From NCBI GenBank assembly GCA_046758965.1, contig JBHIBG010000006.1:212-64211 (forward strand): 64,000 bases of DNA, given 5' to 3'. The DNA is from Candidatus Methylomirabilia bacterium (GTDB lineage Bacteria; Methylomirabilota; Methylomirabilia; Rokubacteriales; CSP1-6). The notes below the pieces were generated by a model. It did not search any database. It was not told the DNA's origin and saw nothing but the letters and a program-made list of their open reading frames with translations. Shown here one piece after another: positions 19,386-26,721 of this stretch (positions are counted from its first letter, which is position 1; the number at the start of each line of letters is the position of its first letter). Position numbers and translations under genes: made by a program.

Positions 19386-20147
19386 GTGTCGTGCCGACCC
19401 GAAGCGGTCCGCATGGAGGGTCAACAGCCAGTGCCGAACTGTCCTGTCTTGGGCTCCCCGATGCGTGAGGCGGGAGGGAATCCGAGGCGTTTCTGCCGGC
19501 GGCGGGAGACCGCTGTGAAATCTCGGCACCGCGCGAAGGTGCGACCCATCGCTGCCGTCTTGCTTCTGACCGTAGCGGTCACCGCGGCAGGTGGCGCAAA
19601 GGCTGCCGAGGTCCGGACGGAGGCCGGCAGCCTGGCCGGTCAACTCCTGGTCGCCACGGCGGAGATGCCCGATCCGCGATTCGCGCGGACCGTTATCTAC
19701 ATGGTCCGGCATGACGCGAGCGGAGCGATGGGGCTGATTGTGAACAGGCCGATCGGGGAGGTGCCCCTGGCGCGCCTGCTGGAGCAGCTCGGTATTGACA
19801 GCGACGGAGTCAGCGGGAACATCCGGGTGCATTACGGCGGCCCGGTGCAGCGAAGGCGTGGCTTCATGTTGCACTCGGCCGACTACGTCGGTGAGGGCAC
19901 CCGGATCGTCAACGGCGCGATGGCGCTGACAGACCCGCTCGAGATCCTGCCTGCTATAGCCGCGGGCACCGGCCCCCACCGGAGCCTCTTCGCTCTCGGC
20001 TATGCCGGCTGGGGGCCCGGTCAGCTCGAAGGGGAGATGGGGGGCGGGCACTGGGTCATTGTCCCGGCCGACGAGGCCTTGGTGTTCGACGACGACTACG
20101 AGGCAAAGTGGCAACGGGCGATCGCCCGGCGCATTATTCATCTGTAA
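19386..20147 (+). CDS. YqgE/AlgH (UPF0301) family protein with an N-terminal extension.
   Basis: Conserved core LAGQLLVATAEMPDPRFARTVIYMVRHDASGAMGLIVNRP. In-frame upstream hydrophobic stretch IAAVLLLTVAVTAAGGAKA. Start ambiguous (19386, 19461 or an internal GTG). Confidence 0.65.
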   Translation: MSCRPEAVRMEGQQPVPNCPVLGSPMREAGGNPRRFCRRRETAVKSRHRAKVRPIAAVLLLTVAVTAAGGAKAAEVRTEAGSLAGQLLVATAEMPDPRFARTVIYMVRHDASGAMGLIVNRPIGEVPLARLLEQLGIDSDGVSGNIRVHYGGPVQRRRGFMLHSADYVGEGTRIVNGAMALTDPLEILPAIAAGTGPHRSLFALGYAGWGPGQLEGEMGGGHWVIVPADEALVFDDDYEAKWQRAIARRIIHL

Positions 20148-20626
20148 CATTCCCCTCGAGGCAGCGGCGCTAGCCGGGCGGTCACCTCCGCGCAGCTCAA
20201 GACCCGACGCTCCCGCGTGGTGCTCGCCCCCGTGGTCGCGACCGACCCAGTTCGGCGCCGAGCGGCGTTATTCAGCCTCGCTCGTCCTTCGAAAGCTCGC
20301 TGACCTGGTCGTCCCGAGCGAAGATCCCTCGACGGTACCGATCCCGGAGTCCCCCAGCATTCGGCCCGCCTCGCGATGGGACGAGGCCGTCCCGTCTTCG
20401 GGGACGGGCCGCCGAGAGGCGCGGAGCGCCCCCGGCGAACTATCGGCCAGACCATGGGCAGGTCGTCAGGGAAGGTCGGCCCCCACCTTGAGCTGTACCC
20501 TCCGGGGCCGTATGCTAACTCCCGTGGCCGGGGTGAGGCCTCCCCGCTCCAACCTGTCCTATGTCTTTCTTCGAGAACCGGCCCCCGAAGCGCATGCGGC
20601 GCGGATTGACCGGGAAAGGGTGACGG

Positions 20627-21610
20627 ATGGACGGCAAGAGCCAGGCGAGACCGTCCGTCGGCGTTCAGTTCGGGATACTTCTCCCCACCCGCGGGATCCT
20701 CTTCTCTCCCGGGGGCCCGGACCTGACCCCCATCTACCGGATGGCCGAGGGAGCTGAGACCGGGGGCTACCACTCCGTGTGGGTGGGGGACAGCGTCACG
20801 GCCAAGCCCCGGCTCGATGCGGTGGCCACGCTGGCGGCCGTGGCGGCCCGGACCGAGCGCCTCCGGCTCGGGACAGCGGTGATGCTTGCCGCGCTCCGCC
20901 CTCCGGTCATCATCGCCCACCAGATCGCCAGCCTCGACGTGCTGGCCGGCGGCCGTCTGATCTGGGGGGTCGGGGCCGGCCGTGGCGGCCGAGCGATCCT
21001 TGATAACGAGTTCGCGGCCTGCGGCGTGCCGATGCACGAGAGGGGCAGGCGGCTCGATGAGCTGCTGGAGATCTCCCGACTTCTCTGGAGCGGAAAGCCC
21101 GTCTCTTACTCCGGCCAGCACTACGGGTTCCAAGACCTCACCCTCGAGCCCGTGCCGATCCAGAAGCCCGGAGTGCCGATCTGGATCGCCAGCAACCTGG
21201 TCGAGCGCGGCCTCAAGCGAGTCGCCGAGCTGGCCGACGCCTGGATCACGAACGTGACGACCTTCGAGGTGTACCGCCGGTGCTGGGAGCAGATCGGCGC
21301 CTATGCAGACGCTCTCGGGCGGGACCGGGCCATGATTGGCCAGTGCCTCTACCTGACCATCAACGTGGACCCCCACGGCGAGGCCGCCCGCCGCCAGGGA
21401 CGGACCTTTCTGGAGCAGTACTACAAGAAGTCCGCAGACGAGGTCATGGCGGACCTGGTCTGCCATTTCGGGAACGCCGAGGAGTGCGCGGAGCGAATCC
21501 ACGGGTACGTGCGGGAAGGGGTGCGGACGGTCATCCTTCGCTTCGCTGCGCCCAACCAGTTGGAGCAACTGTCGGTGATGACGGAAGAATTGCTGCCGCT
21601 CTTCAGGTAG
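20627..21610 (+). CDS. LLM-class flavin/F420-dependent oxidoreductase.
   Basis: 327 aa with a luciferase-like monooxygenase pattern (VGVQFGILLP; WIASN). The 476-aa antisense ORF 20138..21568 is its GC-rich shadow. Confidence 0.85.
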   Translation: MDGKSQARPSVGVQFGILLPTRGILFSPGGPDLTPIYRMAEGAETGGYHSVWVGDSVTAKPRLDAVATLAAVAARTERLRLGTAVMLAALRPPVIIAHQIASLDVLAGGRLIWGVGAGRGGRAILDNEFAACGVPMHERGRRLDELLEISRLLWSGKPVSYSGQHYGFQDLTLEPVPIQKPGVPIWIASNLVERGLKRVAELADAWITNVTTFEVYRRCWEQIGAYADALGRDRAMIGQCLYLTINVDPHGEAARRQGRTFLEQYYKKSADEVMADLVCHFGNAEECAERIHGYVREGVRTVILRFAAPNQLEQLSVMTEELLPLFR

Positions 21611-21618
21611 ACCCTCTC

Positions 21619-22395
21619 GTGATCACGGGAATCGATCACATCGTCGTCGTTGTTCGCGATCTGGAAGCTGCCACTGCAAGCTATCGGGGGCTGAGCTTTA
21701 CTGTGGTGCCGGGTGGGCGGCACCCCGTCGGCACCCACAATGCGTTGATCGCGTTGGAGGACGGCGCCTACATTGAGCTGATCGCTTTCCTGGAGCCCGA
21801 AAAGCCCTCCCCGCACCGCTGGTGGACGCCGCTACAACAGGGGGAGGGATTGGTGGATTTCTGTGTGGGGACGAGCGATCTCGCGGCTGATCTGGGGGCG
21901 CTACGGCGGGCCGGCGTGGAGATCGATGACCCCACCCCGCTGAGCCGAACCCGCCCCGACGGCTACGTGCTCCGGTGGGTGCTCGCTATTCCCCGAGAAG
22001 GGCATCGGGGTGTGGCGCCGTTCTTGATCAGCGATGAGACCCCGCGGCACGAGCGGGTCCCCGCGCAGAGCGGCCACCCGAATCAGGTGACGGGGCTTGG
22101 CCGGCTGACCATTGCCGTGCCCGAGCTGTCGGATGTGCGCCGGTGGTATACGCGTCTTCTCAGGCAGTCCGGGAGCGAGGGGCGGCGCGAAGACCTCGGG
22201 GCGGCGTCGCTCCAGTTTCGCATCGGGGCCCATACCCTGGAGTTCGTGGCCCCACAGCATAACCAGAGCCCCCTCATGGCGTCTGTCCAGAGCTCGGGTT
22301 CCGGTCCCTATGCGGCGACCTTGACGACGAACTCCGGGATGACGGGGTGGCTAGACGAACAGGCCACCCACGGGGCCCGCCTCCACGTGGGTTGA
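21619..22395 (+). CDS. VOC-family (glyoxalase/bleomycin-resistance/dioxygenase-like) two-domain protein.
   Basis: GTG 21619, 9 nt after the LLM stop. ITGIDHIVVVVRDLEAA plus a second beta-alpha-beta-beta-beta-like module (GLGRLTIAVPEL). Confidence 0.6.
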   Translation: MITGIDHIVVVVRDLEAATASYRGLSFTVVPGGRHPVGTHNALIALEDGAYIELIAFLEPEKPSPHRWWTPLQQGEGLVDFCVGTSDLAADLGALRRAGVEIDDPTPLSRTRPDGYVLRWVLAIPREGHRGVAPFLISDETPRHERVPAQSGHPNQVTGLGRLTIAVPELSDVRRWYTRLLRQSGSEGRREDLGAASLQFRIGAHTLEFVAPQHNQSPLMASVQSSGSGPYAATLTTNSGMTGWLDEQATHGARLHVG

Positions 22396-22554
22396 ACCCC
22401 TCGCGAGTAGGCCCGCGAGCGAAGCCCGGGGCAACCCGAAAGGCTAAAGAGATGAAGCGCTCCCGCTAGGGGTTGCGTCGTCTTCGAGCCCCCATATTTC
22501 GTTACTTTTTTTCGTTCCCCCCTTTTCGCCTGCGCTCTCTAGCATGGAGACGAG

Positions 22555-23235
22555 ATGCCCACTCCGCGTCTTCCTGCGCTGTTGGCGCTGGCCACTCTCC
22601 TGGCTGGCTGCGCCACGGTGCCGCCCGGGACGTACTTCCCCGGCCTCTCGGATCCCGACACTCAGAAGGTCTCCCACGCGCTCTACCGGGCAGCTCAAGC
22701 AGCGGGAGACGACCCGGCCCGGTACAGCTTCGCACTCGTCATGAGCCAGGAAGCCCAAGCGTACAGCGACCGTGATGCCACCTTCTACGTTACCGACGGC
22801 CTCGCGCGCCTACCGGTCCCTGTCGTCGAGGCGGCGTTGGCTCACGAGGTTGCCCACGAGGTTCTGAAGCACGCTGAGAAACGCCGGAGGGTTTGGTTCT
22901 CGATGAGCGCCGGATTCGCCGCCCTGGGTCTCGCCGTCCCCGGCGCCGGCTTCGCCAACCTCCTGGTCAACCCCCTGGTCGCGCGGGCTTACTCCCTCAA
23001 GCAGCAAAAACAGGCAGACGCGAAGGCGGTGGAAATCCTGCGGGCCATGGGCTACGCGACTCCGCGGCGCGCCCTGGCCACGGCGCTTCGGACCATCGCC
23101 ACCTTCAACAAGGGCGCGCGATCGACCGGTAGCCTCTTGTCCCCTCGCCTCCCTCTGGCCGAGCGCCTCGCCGCACTGGAGCCGCCGAAGCCAACCTCAC
23201 GCCTGACCCGGGCCAGCCCCCACAGGATGCCGTAA
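22555..23235 (+). CDS. M48-family zinc metallopeptidase-like lipoprotein.
   Basis: Signal peptide with lipobox (LLAGCA). HExxH motif HEVAHEVLKH. Confidence 0.6.
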   Translation: MPTPRLPALLALATLLAGCATVPPGTYFPGLSDPDTQKVSHALYRAAQAAGDDPARYSFALVMSQEAQAYSDRDATFYVTDGLARLPVPVVEAALAHEVAHEVLKHAEKRRRVWFSMSAGFAALGLAVPGAGFANLLVNPLVARAYSLKQQKQADAKAVEILRAMGYATPRRALATALRTIATFNKGARSTGSLLSPRLPLAERLAALEPPKPTSRLTRASPHRMP

Positions 23236-23258
23236 GCCTCATCCCCTCGGCGTCTCCC

Positions 23259-23738
23259 TCACCGCTCGAGCGACATCCGCTCCAGAACCCCATCGGGCGG
23301 TGCCCGCACAACCCGGGTTCCAGCCACCCAGTCGTGAAGGCCCCGCTTCTCTCGCGTGAACACCACTCCGAGAAAGCCGAGCCCGAAGGGGAGGGCCGCG
23401 AGCGCGATCCCAACCCACCGCCACACCGCGTGCCAGTACCCGACATCACGCGCATCCCGGGTGACCACCCGGAGGCCCAGGACTATCTTGCCCGGAGTCT
23501 GCCCGCATCCGCCTACGAACACGATCCAGTAGATCGCGTGGAGGAGCACCCCGATGGTCACGAGGAGCCCCGTCAGGGCGGCAAGGCTCCGCAGATCCTC
23601 AGGCCAGCGGCTGACCGAGAGGTAGAGCACCACGGTCCAGATCGAGACAAGGAGCCAGAGGCTCCCCACGATCAGCTGGTCCAGCGCGAACGCTACCCAG
23701 CGCCGAAGCGTGCCGCCGGGCGTCAGGGCGCCGTACAT
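23259..23738 (-). CDS. RDD-family membrane protein.
   Basis: Start taken at MYGALTPGG (ATG 23738). RDD-type motifs TPGKIVLGLRVV and EKRGLHDWVAGTRVV. Three hydrophobic segments. Confidence 0.65.
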   Translation of the reverse strand: MYGALTPGGTLRRWVAFALDQLIVGSLWLLVSIWTVVLYLSVSRWPEDLRSLAALTGLLVTIGVLLHAIYWIVFVGGCGQTPGKIVLGLRVVTRDARDVGYWHAVWRWVGIALAALPFGLGFLGVVFTREKRGLHDWVAGTRVVRAPPDGVLERMSLER

Positions 23739-23740
23739 CC

Positions 23741-25830
23741 TCACCGCTTCACCCCGTAGATCCGCCGGTACTCCTCCCACGACGCCAGAACCCGCTTGGT
23801 AAAGCGGCGAGTCTCCGTGAAGGGGATCTGCTCCACAAAGATCTCGAGATCGTCGCTCGGGCGAGCCGCCCACCACTGTCTGACCCGGGCAGGCCCCGCG
23901 TTATACGCCGCGATCGCCAGGGAAGGGTCGCTGAACTCCTTCACGAGGCTGGCCAGAAACGCCGCGCCCAGCTCGAGATTCCGCTCGGGCTCATAGAGAA
24001 GCTCATCCGCATCGACGGCCACCCCAGCCCGGACCGCCAAAGACCGAGCGGTCTGCGGCATCAGCTGCATCAGCCCGCCGGCCCCAACCGGGGAGCGGGC
24101 CAGGGGGTCAAAGCCTGACTCCTCACGCACCACGGCCGCGACCAGATACGGTTCCAACGCCTTGCGCCGGGCAACCTCCCGGATCTCTGATTCCCAGCCG
24201 AACGGGTAGAAGGCCGTCCAGAACTGTTGCGGGAGTTGGCTGTGGCCACTCCAAGCGAAGTCGGTGAAGGACTCCCTGAGAATCCGGAGCGCCAGATGAT
24301 ACCGCTCGTGCCGGACGAAGGCTGTCGCCACGCCGTAGAGTTTCTGAGGATCGGCGAACACCTTGCGGCTCAGCTCCTCCAGCTCCCTCTCGGCATGATC
24401 GACAAGCCCCAGCGCCCTGAGCGCCTCAGCCCGAGCGAAATGAACCTGGTTCGCGAGCGGCGTGCGTGGATCGGTCGGGAGCCGGACCGGTAGGGGTTTG
24501 GGCACGCTGCCCGGAGCGATCTTGTATCGACGCGCCGCCAGAATCCCGTAGTAGCTTCGGGGCGCCCCCGCAAGCAGGCTCCGAAAGAGCCGAAGCGCCT
24601 CTCTCGGCTTGCCGAGACGCTCAAGCGACCGGCCGGCCCAGTATCGCCCAGCGAGCTGAAATCCGGTGCTGGCGGGGGCTTCGACCAGCTGGCCGAACTC
24701 ACGCGCAGCGCCCGCGAAGTCAGAGCCGAGATAGGCGATCCAACCCATCTGCCAGAGGGCGCGGGAGGCGGCAGGGTCGTCGGGAAAGCGGACCGCCACT
24801 CGTCTGTAGCTCCGGACAGCCTCCGCTGTCCGGCCCAAACCCTCCAGCAGCTGTCCCTTGAGCAGCAGAGCTTGGGCTGCTAATCCGCTCTCTGAGAGCC
24901 CTTCCGGAACCCGGTTCACAGTCGCGAGAGCTCGCTTCGGCGCACGCGCCCGCCACTGGAGCCGACCCAGCTCAAGCAGCAGCTGAGCCCGACGATCCGG
25001 GGGAGCCAAGCCCAGAGCACGGCCCATCGTCCCTGCCGCCTCTCGATACCGACCGAGCCGCCTGAGAGCGGAGGCCATCACGAGGAGAGCGCGGAGGGCA
25101 AGGTCCTCACCAGGGTTTTCCCGTAGGATGGCTTCGGCGCCCTCGAGGGCCTCCTCCGCGGCGCCGCCGTGGACCAGCCGCTCGGCGCGCTTCAGGCGCT
25201 CCTGGAAGGTCAATGGTGGGAGGACAACCCCACCCTGGAGGAGCTCGTCAAGCTTATCGCCAGCAGCCTCCCCGTACGGCCCGGCCGGCGACGAGAGCCA
25301 GAGCTCCCGAAAGATCAGGGCGGCCTCCTGGGCCCGCCCCTGCGACTCGACGGTCAGGCCCAAGAGGTAACGGACCCGGGCCCCGTCAGGGCTGTCCGGG
25401 AACCAAGCCAGGAATCGACGGAACAGCTCCTCTGCGCCCCTCTCGTCTCCCTGTTCGGAGGCCAAGGTTGCCGCACGAAGCAACGCCGACGGAGCCACTT
25501 GGCTCCGCGGGCTGGCGCCCGCCAGCGCCTCTGCCGTGCGGCGAGCTTCCGCCAGGGCGCCCGTGCGCGAGAGGCTCTCGGCAAGGAGGAGCCGCGCGTA
25601 GTCCGACAGGAGCAATGGCTGGGTGATCAGAGCGCGAAAGCCCCAGACCGCCGCCCTCCAGTCACCCGTGCGAAGCGCCTCTATCCCGTCGGCAAACCGG
25701 GCCTTCTGCTCCGGCGCGAGCCGGGGCGTCGAGGCGCTCTCTTGGGCCGCGGCGCTCCCGGCAAGCCAGCCGAGCGTGAGCAAAACGAGCGCTGCGCCCC
25801 GGAGCCGGTTGGCCAGAGCCTCACCCCCGG
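23741..25830 (-). CDS. Soluble lytic murein transglycosylase (Slt family: superhelical N-domain plus SLT catalytic domain).
   Basis: C-terminal SLT motifs (AVVREESGFDPLARSPVGAGGLMQLMP; AYNAGPARV). Signal peptide LRGAALVLLTLGWLAGSAAAQ. No in-frame ATG lies near the signal peptide, so a non-ATG start around 25800-25830 is likely and the 5' end is approximate. The ORF-track extension to 26152 is the translated repeat element. Confidence 0.75.
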
Positions 25831-25880
25831 TAGCCGCGCTCGAACGAATCGCGAGACATTGCCGGAAGCGGCGGCTAAGA

Positions 25881-26125
25881 AACCACCGAGGACGACGTGG
25901 GGCGAAGTCAGTTGGAACGCCACTAGCGTTGATGCCGGGCCAAATACCGAGCATGAGGAGGACGCAGGGAGGTGTCCAGCACCCCACTCCGCTCCGCCTC
26001 GTGTGGACCCCGGGCCAGCGAAGGCGTACCGGCCCAGCCCGCCTGCGGCGGGACTGGGTGCCCGCAAAGGAACGCCGACGACCGAGGACGAAGTACGGCG
26101 AAGGTAGTTGGCCCGCCACTAGCCG
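25881..26125. repeat. Copy 1 of a GC-rich structured intergenic repeat, inverted relative to copy 2.
   Basis: Block 26023-26083 matches the reverse complement of 56419-56480. Block 25931-26010 matches the reverse complement of 56628-56706. By eye, roughly 80-90% identity. Flanked by imperfect 45-nt direct repeats at 25881-25928 and 26080-26125. Confidence 0.7.
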
Positions 26126-26706
26126 CCCCGCGGTTTCCCGGCTGCAGACCATGTGTGGGTGATCCGGCGGATCGCGGTCAGGTTCACGAGCACTGCCAGG
26201 ATCCAGAGCGCGGGCAGCAAAAGGTTGAAGACGGCCCCGACGATGAGGCAGATCTGCCGTTCGGGCCGCTCCATTAGCCCGATCTCGCAGGAGATCCCGA
26301 TGGCCTGCGCCCGGGCTTTCGTGTAGCTCACCATCACCGTGCCGACCAGGACCGCCATGGTCAGCAACACCCCGGTGTAGCTGCCTGTCCGGATGAAGAG
26401 CAGCAAGAGCCCCAGGAGCACCACCAGATCGGAGTAGCGATCCATGACGGAGTCAAGGAAAGCACCGAACGGCGTCACCTGGCCCGACAGCCGGGCCAGA
26501 GACCCGTCAAAGAAGTCAAAGAGGCCAGCGAGGATCAACAGGAAGCCGGCCAGCGGCCCTCGCCCCCGGGCAAAGGCCAGCGCCGCCAGGACGCTGACGC
26601 CGAGTCCGAGAATGGTCAGGTGATTGGGGCGGAGCCGGCACCGAATCAGCAGCTTGGAGAGGGGGTCGGTCCATCTCGAGACCGAATCCTTATACTGGCT
26701 CAGCAT
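26119..26706 (-). CDS. CDP-alcohol phosphatidyltransferase family protein.
   Basis: Signature D-x2-DG-x2-AR...G...D...D (DFFDGSLARLSGQVTPFGAFLDSVMD). Polytopic membrane protein. Confidence 0.8.
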   Translation of the reverse strand: MLSQYKDSVSRWTDPLSKLLIRCRLRPNHLTILGLGVSVLAALAFARGRGPLAGFLLILAGLFDFFDGSLARLSGQVTPFGAFLDSVMDRYSDLVVLLGLLLLFIRTGSYTGVLLTMAVLVGTVMVSYTKARAQAIGISCEIGLMERPERQICLIVGAVFNLLLPALWILAVLVNLTAIRRITHTWSAAGKPRGG

Positions 26707-26721
26707 CGAAGAAGAAAACGG

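Noticed and set aside
20138-21568. 476-aa minus-strand ORF
   Set aside because: It is antisense to a well-supported LLM oxidoreductase gene (20627..21610) and runs into a structured intergenic region. It is typical stop-codon-poor shadow ORF of high-GC DNA, and the composition is Arg/Pro/Gly-rich and low-complexity.
23741-26152. Full 803-aa extent of the lytic transglycosylase ORF, including the N-terminal 110 residues
   Set aside because: The N-terminal extension lies upstream of the signal peptide and is the translated repeat element, and the same peptide occurs in the spurious ORFs at 56304-56820. The CDS is truncated to about 25830 with a probable non-ATG start.
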